A stretch of DNA of 49,652 nucleotides, taken from positions 1 to 49,652 of the forward strand of contig NW_013657602.1 in NCBI RefSeq assembly GCF_000142905.1, in the 5' to 3' direction. The notes under the pieces are model-generated. The model was not told the origin of the DNA. It did no database searches and was given only the letters and a program-made list of their open reading frames with translations. Within the stretch, counting starts at the first letter, position 1. Every line of letters begins with the position of its first letter. Positions 34,601-44,241 of the stretch are shown piece after piece. The stretch comes from Thecamonas trahens ATCC 50062 (Eukaryota > Protista > Apusomonadida). The position numbers were made by a program, and so were the translations under genes.

Positions 34601-34633
34601 TTTGGCGCATTTTTTGGCGCATTTTTGGCGCAT
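34601..34633. promoter_or_regulatory. Three tandem TTTGGCGCAT motifs (E2F-consensus-like) about 160-190 bp upstream of the uricase ATG
   Basis: Copies at 34601, 34613 and 34624; match the E2F consensus TTTSSCGC. Confidence 0.5.
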
Positions 34634-34896
34634 ACCCCCCCCCCCCCACCACCACCACCACCCTTCCCTCTCTCCGAGCCTACCCGTACACCTCCTGCTG
34701 CATCCGATTACGCCGTGTTTGTTTTTGATGACCAGATCGTTCCGCATCGTCGTGGGGGAAAAAACAGACCACACCCTGCCCAGCGCCCCCTCTCCTCCCC
34801 TCCCCGTCTGACCCGATCTGACCCAGTTGCCAAGTCGTAACGCTGTCTACCATGTGATGGATCCTCGCCCACTCGTCATCGCTCCTTCGACATCGT

Positions 34897-35630
34897 TCAC
34901 TCGTCATCGTCCGAGGCAAAGTCGGCGAGCGAGGTGTTGCGGAACATGGCGTCCTTCGGCTGGTACACAGTAGCCGAGCTGCGCGGACGCTCGATGCCGA
35001 GCCTCCTCCGCCAGATCTCGGGGCGATCCGGATATGTCTTTTGGAGAAAGGCAACGTAGGCGTTGTGAAGCATGTTGGCCTCGTACAGCGAGATGTAGCG
35101 CGTGACCGATGCTCTGGGCGGCGCCTTCTTTCCCCTCCGAAGCACGTCCCAGTCCGAGTCCGGCAGCACCACGCCGACGATCTCCTCCACCGACTGGGAA
35201 AGGCGATGACCGACGCATCGCCTGTCCCTCCACCGCCGGCCTCTGCCGCCGCCAGCTTGGCCTTCTCAGACTCGAGCAGCTCACGATACTCCTTGGGCGA
35301 GAGGCCATGCATACCCTCTGATCCCAGATCCAAGCCCTTCAGCGCCTCTGCCAGCTCGTCCACCACACGTTCATCCACTTCCTTCCCCGCGCTAACTGCA
35401 CCTTGCCCCTCCCCATCCACTTTTGTCCGTCCATGCCCTCGAGTCTCACCTGCCACCGCCATCCCTCCACCGCCGCCGCCCTCCAGCCGCAAGGTAACCT
35501 CTGAGAGCTTGGCACGGAGCTTCTCACCCCCGTCAGGAAGCTGCGCCATGAGCTCCTCGTCTCTAAGCATGACACGGAGTTGCCGCGCGAGCTTCTCGTC
35601 AGGAAGAAGCTGCTGTTGTTCCGACGTCAT
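34897..35630 (-). CDS. Gdown1/POLR2M(GRINL1A)-like protein, about 244 aa
   Basis: N-terminal LRDEELMAQLPDGGEKLR resembles the Gdown1/TTF2 LPDKG motif; C-terminal YISLYEANML..RLGI, acidic end; frameshift about 35197. Confidence 0.55.
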
Positions 35631-35752
35631 CACAACTCGCTCGCTCGCTCCCTCTGGCCTCGCCCGAACGAAGCACTCGCGTCAAGTGTGGCTGGCTACA
35701 GCTACAGCCGGAGCCCGAGTCGCACTGCGCCACAACTGCTGCATTTTACCTT

Positions 35753-38700
35753 TTACTCCAACTCGGGTGCCACAGGTCCGCATGCCATGCGAATGCGCTC
35801 GGACGAGGCCGGCGAGTGGAGGTCAAAGGCGCCAGATCCGAGGCCGGCGTCGACGCGGGCGGCGCCGACGGCATCCTTGATGGCGAAGAACACACTGGCG
35901 GCGAGGAAGAGCGGCGGCTCGCCGACACCCTTGGACGAGTGAATGGCCCGCGAGTTGGGCGCGTCCTTGAGGAGCGACACGTTGAAGATCGAGGGAATGT
36001 CCGAGAACGCGGGGATCTTGTAGAACGACGGGCCGCGGGTAAAGACGTGCCCGTTGCCGAGCTTGATGAGCTCCTCGGTGGTGAAGAGGCCCATGCCCTG
36101 CACAAACGCGCCCTCGACCTGCCCGAGGTCAATCGCCGGATTGAGCGAGTCGCCCACGTCCATGACGAGGTCGGCGCGCGTCACCACGTGGTCGCCGGTG
36201 AGGACGTCGATCTCGACCTCGGCCACCGCCGCGCCGTAGCAAAAGTAGTTGAACGGCATGCCGCTTCCGGCCGTCTCGCCCGTCGGGTCAAACTCGAACC
36301 CGATGTCCGGCGTCTTGTAAAAGCCGTTGGCCGAGAGGTTGATCCGCTGCAGGTGCGCCGCGAGCGCCTTTTCCGCCAGCGGCGCGTCCGCCGCCACGCC
36401 CTCCACCGTCGCCAGCCGAGCCAAAATCTGCTCGCACGCATCGAGCACCGCCATACCGTTGATGTCCGACGAGACCGACGCCGCCGTCGGCACTGTGTTC
36501 GCCACCTTGTCCGTCGCTGTCTCGTCGACGTACACGTCGCTCACCGGAATACCAAACGCAGACGCCGCCACCTGCGCCATCTTGGTGTGCAGGCCCTGGC
36601 CCATTTCGATGCCGCCGTGTGAGACAAGGACCGTCCCGTCCTGGTAAACGTGGACAAGCGCGCCGGCCTGGTTGAGGAACTTGGCCGTAAACGACATGCC
36701 GAACTTGGTCGGCACCGCCGCCAGCCCGCGCTTCCTCCACCGGTGCGCCGCGTTGAACGCAGCCACCTCGGCCCGCCGCGTCTCGTACTCGGACTTGCTC
36801 ATCACTTCGCCCCACACCGCCTCCAGCCGGTTGTCGGTAAGCACCTGCCCGTAGTGCGTCGTCGCGTCCGGCTCGTAAAAGTTGGCCGCCCGCACCTCGG
36901 CCGGATCCTTGCCCAGCTCGCGCGCCACATTGTCGATCCACGACTCGCAGATGAGCATCGACTGCGGGCCGCCAAACCCGCGGAACGCCGTGTTCGACGG
37001 CGTGTTGGTCTTGCACAACCACCCGCGCGCACCCACCGCGGGAATCTTGTAAGCGTTGTCGACGTGGAACAGCGCCCGATCCATGACCGAGCCCGAGAGG
37101 TCGAGCGAGAAGCCGGCGTTTGAGTACAGGTCGATGTCCAGCCCGAGGATCTTGCCGTCGTCGTTGTACCCGACCTTGTACACACCCTTGTACGGGTGCC
37201 GCGTCCCAGAGTACACCATGTCCTCGTCGCGGTCGAGCATGCACCGCACAGGCTTGCCCGAAAGCTTGGCCGCAAGCGCCACCGCCGCAGACAGCGGGCA
37301 CGTCCGCGTCTCCTTTCCGCCAAACCCACCGCCGATCCGCTTGACGTGGACCGCCACCTTGGCAGACGGCACGCCAAGGACCCGCGACACAAACTTCTGC
37401 GTCTTGGACGGGTTCTGCGTCGACGCGTACACCTTCATCTGCTCACCCTCGACAGGCACCGCCAGCGTGGCAAACGTCTCCAGGTAAAAGTGCTCCTGTC
37501 CGCCGACGTACGTTGTGCCCTCGAGCACATGCGATGCGCCCTCCAGCGCGCCCTCAACGTCACCGCTCTTCATCTTGTTGCCGCCCGACATGTACTGCCC
37601 GGCCGCCACCGCCTCATCGATGGTCACCACAAGCTCAGGCGCGTCAGGTGCCGCCTCGGTGAGCACCACGTTGACCTTGCGCGCCGCCAGCCGCGCCAAA
37701 TCCGCACTCGACGCCACGACCATACCCAGCAGCTGGCCCTGCGACGTGATCTCCTTCGACACAATGACCTCCTCGTCGTACACAATGGCTCCGAGAACAT
37801 TCATCCCAGGCACGTCATCAGCCGTGTAGACTGCAACCGAAGGGTCCAGCGCCAGCGCGGCGCTCGTCTCGATCCGCTCGATTGTTCCCCGTGCCACCGA
37901 CGAGAGCAGCGGCGCGCCAAAGAGCGAGCCGGCTGCCACCGGAATGTCGTCGACGTACACGGCCTCGCCGGTCGCCTGCAGCAGCGCCGACGCATGCATC
38001 TCTGGCATGTGCACCCCGCCCGAGACCGGCGGCGAGAGCACTCCGTCGTACGCAGCCTCAAACGCCGACGAAGCATACTCCTGACGGCCCTGCGAGAGCG
38101 GCTTGTGCTCCTGCAGCAGCGCCCCGGTGATCTCGCGCGCCTCCACCGGCGCAAGGCCCGACTCGACCGAGACGTAGAGGAAGAACTTGTAGAGGAACGA
38201 CTTGGCCAGCTCGCGACGGTATCCGACCTGCCCACCCGGCGCGTTGGGCGCCAGCGGCACGTCCACCGAGTCGAGCTGCGCCATGGCCTTGCGGACGAGC
38301 GCGTCGCTCCACTTTTCGCCAGACATCAGCACCTCGGCAGCCGCCACTGCAGACTTGGTCCACGCCGCCATGCCGCCGTACGCCAGGCCGGCGTCGACCA
38401 CGGCGCCCGTCTCCGGATCGAGCTTGACCCGGAACGACGCGCCAACAATCGCAATGTCGTCCTCACGCCGCCGCGACTGCTTGTACGACCGCACATACTC
38501 GTTCTCGCCCGCCAGCGGGACCACAAGCTTGACCATGACCTCGTCGGCCTCCACCGCCGTCTTGCGGTAGCCCACATACAGTTCGTTGAACGGAATCCGC
38601 CGCTCGCCACGCGCCGCAGACGTGACCACCACCTCGGCGCCGAGCGCCATCCACAGCGGGTTGAGGTCAGAAATCGGCGACGCCGTCATGACGTTGCCAG

Positions 38701-39959
38701 CCAGCGACGCCACGTTGCGGATCTGGTTGCCAGCAAACCAGCGGAGTGCCTGCTCGATGCCAGCGTACACTGGGTTGGCCGTTGCCTCGTCCGCCAGCTG
38801 CGTGCTCGCAAACCGCGCCAGCTCGTTGAGATTGAGCGAGGCTCCGAGGTGCAGCGAGGAGCTCGCCTCGTCAACCTCGCACTGCAGCAGCTCGGCCACG
38901 CCGCCGGTCGCCACAAGCACCTCAAACTCGGCGTGCTTGAGCTTGGCCTCAATGCCGAGCTCGGTGTTGCCGATCACAAGCTTTGCGCCCGGAAACTCAG
39001 CCTTGAGCGTCGCAACCTGTGCCAGCGTCGTCGGCACATACCACGTCGTCTTGGACGTCGGTTCGGTCGCCGGCCGGAACGTCACCACTGGCGCAGCACC
39101 GTCGGCCGCTGCCCCGCCGCCGCCATCGCCACGAGTTCCTCTGGCACCTCCACATGCTCTGCAAGGCTCGACGCCGACGATGATGCTGCACCTTGCGCGC
39201 TCTTGATAAGCTCGCGGAAGCCCTGCAGGATCGGGCGGTAGCCAGTGCACCGGCAGAGGTTGCCGTCAAACGCGCGCTCGACGTCTTCCTCGCTCGGGTT
39301 GGGGTTTGACGCCAGCAGCGCGTACATCGACATGACAATGCCGGGCGTACAAAAGCCACACTGCGAGCCATTCGACTCGGCCATCGCCTTTTGCACCGCG
39401 TGGGGACTGCGCGTGTTGCCGATGCCCTCCACCGTCGTAACCACCAGCCCGTGCACCGCCGCCAACGGCGTCAGACACGCGTTAGCCGAGTAGCTCGTCG
39501 CCTTGCCGACACTGTCCACCCGCGTCAGCGTCACCGTGCATGCACCGCACCCGCCCTCGCCACATCCAAGCTTGGTTCCGGTCAGACCTGGACTCGTTCA
39601 CCATCATCGCGGCAGATTCAGATAATCCATCATCAAGCCGCGTACAGGAGCATCAAAAGTCATCAACGGTAGGCAGCCCGCGTCGCCAACAACGATAAAT
39701 TAACGTTCCCGCAACGGTTTCAACGATTATTTTTCAGATGGTTTTTGGGAATTCCACGTGTGAGTTGCGTTGAGCTTCTGGGGCCGGGAGCGGGGAGACA
39801 TAGGCATGGTGGTAGGGAGGTAGGGAGTAGGGAAAGACGGGAAAACGTACCACGAGAGCGGAGAAAGGTGAGCAGTGTCTGAGTGGGGTCAAAACTCCCA
39901 GGAGTAAGCTCAATCCGGTTGTTGTTGACATAACAGATAAGCGGCGTGGTCGTGGTCAT
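35753..39959 (-). CDS. XDH: Xanthine dehydrogenase (Mo/FAD/2x2Fe-2S), about 1314 aa
   Basis: Intron 39850-39588; [98 protein letters not shown]; substrate Glu/Arg of XDH present; one frameshift about 39113. Confidence 0.97.
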
Positions 39960-40795
39960 GGTCGGCGCCAGAGAAGTCTGCAGTTGCTACTCAAGTACGA
40001 CCGACTCGAATTGAGGTCAAAGCCACGGAAAACGGCGGCTCACAGCCACACCGCGGACGAGGCCCACCACATTGCAATTCATCAGTCTGTTGTCGTTATT
40101 TGATGTTGGATGTAGGAGTGGGCGATCTAGACCGACTCGTGGCTCGTGTCGATGCCGTGCAATGTTGAGCTTTAATCCTTATCGGGGCGGTCGCTCGGAC
40201 GCGTCGTCGCGCATCTCAACGTGAACAACTCGATGATGCCTGGCTTCCAGGTCACCTGGCCGACGCTGCTTGACGCCTGCTTGGTCTGCGGCTTGAGGTG
40301 GGAGGCGCGCCCGCACGTGATGGCGGCCGACACGTAGACGCCCGCCTGAAGGATGCCCGAGTTGCCGTCGCGGTGGCGGATGCCTGGGAGCATAGGCGAG
40401 GCGCGCGAGGTGCCGTACGGCACCGATCCGGAGGAGCGGCGAGCGCGCGGACGGTGCGGAGCTTATCGTTGACGACCTTGACGACCGGGAAGGAGAGCAT
40501 GCCAGAGTTGAACAAAGCGGCCGAACGGGATAGCGCGAGGACATTGTGGATCTTCTTGCAACGGACGAGCTTGCCGGTCGGCGTAGCCGCGCAAGTGGCG
40601 GCGCGCCATCTTGCACTGGATTCTGGACGCCGCGTATGCGCTCTACGCTGACGCGAGCCCACGCCCCGCCATCGCCGTATGTTTTCTGTTGTGGCCCACC
40701 AGTGGCCACAGCACTCTTCTACCGCGACTGACGGCCGCTGTGACGTCTGTGGAGCGTCGCGGCACGCGGCTTGCGCGATGGTCAAATGTGTACCG

Positions 40796-42305
40796 TTAAG
40801 GATTAAACGCGACTCTGTCGCCACTGGTATCGTCGGTCTCGCCGGCCTGGGCGTCGTAGCTGGATGCGCTTTGGTCTGAGAGGTTCGAGCCATCAGAGTC
40901 GGTGCCAAGGTCTGCGCTCTCGTCGTCTTCGGCCCGTTGTCGGCATCAGCACCTACGGTGGCAACCTTGGCAGCATGGAATCGAACCGCGAGAGTGATAA
41001 AAACGATCGAGAGGAGCGAGGCGGCGGCGGCGATAAATGCGCCGACATGGTACGAGCCGGTGGCGTCGCGGAGTAGGCCGGTGACGGGCGAGCCGGAGGC
41101 GATGCCCACAAACGAAAAGCCGATAGTAAAGCCGGTGATGGTCGGGATGGACTGGATAGGATATAGCTCGGCCACAAAGGCCGGCGCCAAGCCGATGTAC
41201 GAGCCGGCGTTGTATGCGTATGCAAAGCCGAGGAGGAGGAACGGCCAGAAGCCCGAGACAAAGGGCCAGACCGCGAGACATACAGCCATGCCGGCGGCGG
41301 CGACCCGGAGCATAAGCGGGACGCCGAGGCAGTCGGCGGTAAAGCCGTTGACCAGCCGCCCGGCGATCGAGGCCACGCCCATGGCCGCCAGAATCAGCGC
41401 CGCCCGCGACTTGGAGACTCCGCTCTCCTGGGCAGACGGCACAATGTGGATAAAGAGGACCAGAATCGAGTACGAGAGCGTGGCCGAGACCGCGAGCAGT
41501 GAGACAAAGACCCGGTCGCCGAGGAGCGCCACAAACGAGAGTCCAATGCGGGCCTTGGCCGGCGGCACCCGCCGGGCGAGCAGCATTGCTGCCGCCACCA
41601 GCACCACCATCGAGAGCGCCATCACCCGCAGCGCCACCCGCCACCCGTACGCCGACTCGAGCTCCGAGAGCAGCGGCGCAAAGGCCAGATTGCCCACCCC
41701 CGAGCCACACACCGCGAGGCCGAGTCCGGTCCCACGTCGGGCCTGGAACCAGGTCGAGACCGAGACGATGGCCGGAAAGTAGGCCATGCCGAGGGCGGTG
41801 CCGAAGACCACCCCGTACGTAGCCAGCAGCATCCAGATCGAGGTTGCCACCGAGCTCACCAGCAACGCAGCGACGCCGATCAAGCCGGCCACCACCGAAG
41901 GAATGCGGAAGCCAAAGGCATCGATGACTCTCCCAGCTACAATACCAAAGAGAGTGAGGAAGGCGTTGGCGGTCGAGCCTACAAGCGCCACCGAGGCCTT
42001 GGACGCGCCAGCAAACGAGGCCTCGATGGGGACAAACAGAACACCAAACGAGTAGATGAAGCCCAGGACCACCACATGGATGACAAATGATGCAAATACC
42101 ACAACCCATGCATATCCCTTGTCCGGTGCCCGTTCTCTAGGCCCTTCCATCTCGCCATCGCCACAACCACTGCCACGGCCACCGACTTCCTCGTCGACAG
42201 GCACCGAGACACCCGCCGCCTTCTCGCCCCCTCCCGCCCATTTCCATCGCTCTTGGTGACGTCCGCCCCGCCTAGCGGATCCTCCACGGGGAGGAGTCGT
42301 CCCAT
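40796..42305 (-). CDS. MFS transporter, monocarboxylate porter (SLC16/MCT) family, about 503 aa
   Basis: PDKGYAWVVV..SF (MCT signature), GRVIDAFG, WFQARRGTGLGLAVCGSGVG, YGWR, GRLVNGFTAD, GLLRDATGSY; frameshifts about 42230 and 40933 restore N-terminus and acidic tail. Confidence 0.9.
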
Positions 42306-42648
42306 GCCGAGTGCAACAATGGCGATGGGTGTGGAGGTGCACGAGTGTCCACGGGGTGGCCAGCTGGCGTCTCGGGGTGGATGCCACCGTGCCCGATGGG
42401 ATGCTGGCGATGGCCATGGGTTTCTGGCGATGGCGATGGCGATGGGATGCTGGCGATGGCGATGAGATGCTGGCGATGGCGATGGGTGGCTGGCGATGGC
42501 TGACTGGCGTGCTTGGCTTTTGATGCGCCCCTTGATGGCAATTGCTAGCGATAGGTGCCGAGGACAGCCCGAGTGGGACCAGCAGCAGCACCTCACTCGC
42601 ACCGAGCACCCCCACCCACCCACCCACACGTGCGCGCGGGGAGGGCCG

Positions 42649-44124
42649 ATGGCTGAGCGAGAAGGGAATACTCAAGTGCTCGAGCCATTGCTTCGGACAG
42701 ATGGACATGTGGCGTACGGGGGCGACAAGAGCAAGCGGCACAAGACTATCCATACTCCGTCTTGGTACCCATCGGTCAGGGTCTCGACGCGGTGGACAGA
42801 GGTCCGCAGATCACTGGCAGCTGGAGAGGAGCCGGCTGGATGGCGGGCCGAGAGCAAACGGGAGAAGATGTACTTGTTGCTGAATGGTCACTCGAAGACA
42901 GGGCGGATGGTCCAGGGTGCGATCTTGGCTTTGATTGTGGCTAATCTGGCTCTGTTTGTGGCATCGACCGACCCGAGCTGGTCGGCCTCGAGCGAGACGG
43001 CCTTTGCATGGATCGAAGGCTGCTCGGTCATCATCTTTACCTTTGAATACGTGGCGCGGGTGTGGTCGATTGTCGAGGCAAACAAGTACGCACACCCGCT
43101 ATGGGGCAGGATCAAGTTTATGACCAAGGCCGTGTCTCTCATCGACGCTGTCGCCATTCTCCCGTGGTTCATCGGGCTCTTTGTGGAGGCTCTGACGCCG
43201 CACGATGTGCCGATCACCACTCCGATCCGCATCTTTCGCGTCCTTCGCCTGCTCAAGACCGAGCAGTACGGGCAGGCGTTTGCCTCGGTCAAGCGGGTTG
43301 TCTGGCACAACCGCGAGATTCTCTCGGTCGGCCTCCTCCTCTCGGGCATTCTCCTCTTTGCCACCGCCACTCTTCTGTGGGCGGCGGAGCACAAAGACAA
43401 CCCGGGCGACTTTGGGTCGATCCCCAAGACCCTCTTTCTTGCTGTCCTCATGCTCACCGGGCAGGGCATCGACTACTCTGGCAAAAACTACTCGACGCTG
43501 ACGCTCATCATCATCGCTGTTACGGCTGTGGTCTCTGTCGCCTTCTTTGCCATTCCGGCCGCCATGCTCGCTTGGGCCTTCGAGTCCGAGGCCGAGCGTC
43601 TTGTCGCTGTCCGCCGGGAGCGGGCCAAGGCCAAGCGGCGCGCAGTCGAGCTGGGCATGACCTATGTCGAGCCGATCACCGACTCGGACTCGTTCTCCTC
43701 CGACTCGTCCGGCATGCTCTCATCGTCCGAAGACGGCTCGCCCGAAATCTTTGCCCTCTTTGACGATCCGACCTCGCCGGGCCTCGACGCCGCGCACCTT
43801 GGCCTTGTCCTCCGCACCTTTGGCTATGACTTTGACGCCGAGACGCTCGAGGACATGCTCGGGGACGTTGATCCCTTCCGCACCGGCATCATCACCTACC
43901 CGCGGCTCCTCACGCTGTTGGCGCGGCGTCGGCTCCGGCGCATCCAGGACCTCGGCCCAGCCGCCGGCGACGAGCCATGGCGGACGGGTGGCCGATTCTC
44001 GCCCGAAGACGGCTCCCGCTCGTCTCTCCAGCCGCTCACCGACGTCTCGCACGCCATTGCTGTCCTGAAAGCGCTCTCGCCCGCTGATCGGCTGCAAGCT
44101 CTTGCAGCTGTTGCTGCTCCGTAG
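42649..44124 (+). CDS. 6-TM voltage-gated ion channel (Kv-like) with C-terminal EF-hand pair, 491 aa
   Basis: S2 IFTFEYVARVW, S3 IDAVAILPWF, S4 IRIFRVLRLLK, FGSIPK pore helix, filter LTGQG, S6 FAIPAAML; calmodulin-like lobe EIFALFD..DVDPFRTGIITY. Confidence 0.85.
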   Translation: MAEREGNTQVLEPLLRTDGHVAYGGDKSKRHKTIHTPSWYPSVRVSTRWTEVRRSLAAGEEPAGWRAESKREKMYLLLNGHSKTGRMVQGAILALIVANLALFVASTDPSWSASSETAFAWIEGCSVIIFTFEYVARVWSIVEANKYAHPLWGRIKFMTKAVSLIDAVAILPWFIGLFVEALTPHDVPITTPIRIFRVLRLLKTEQYGQAFASVKRVVWHNREILSVGLLLSGILLFATATLLWAAEHKDNPGDFGSIPKTLFLAVLMLTGQGIDYSGKNYSTLTLIIIAVTAVVSVAFFAIPAAMLAWAFESEAERLVAVRRERAKAKRRAVELGMTYVEPITDSDSFSSDSSGMLSSSEDGSPEIFALFDDPTSPGLDAAHLGLVLRTFGYDFDAETLEDMLGDVDPFRTGIITYPRLLTLLARRRLRRIQDLGPAAGDEPWRTGGRFSPEDGSRSSLQPLTDVSHAIAVLKALSPADRLQALAAVAAP

Positions 44125-44241
44125 GCTCGGGAGGTAAAATTGCTACCGCAGCGCGCCCCATCAATTGCCACCGTGGTGTTTGGCCATGTCACACCTGCTG
44201 CGCTACCTGGCCCCCCTTGCTGCCACTCCACTCTGGTCATC

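Noticed and set aside
39615-39668. Possible box C/D snoRNA in the XDH intron (TGATGA..TGATGA..CTGA on the sense strand)
   Set aside because: Only about 50 nt from box C to box D, no terminal stem or identifiable guide; not supportable without a covariance search
7540-42230. About 15 frameshifts in 10 genes as programmed frameshifting, insertional RNA editing or mass pseudogenisation
   Set aside because: Nearly all are fixed by adding one base to an existing G, C, T or A run. There is no shared slippery motif, no in-frame stop after correction, and catalytic residues are intact. This is the signature of homopolymer under-calling; cDNA versus accurate gDNA reads would settle it.
40252-42753. 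833-aa ORF as a long MFS fusion
   Set aside because: The extensions arise from two frameshifts; the corrected gene is about 503 aa ending at 40796
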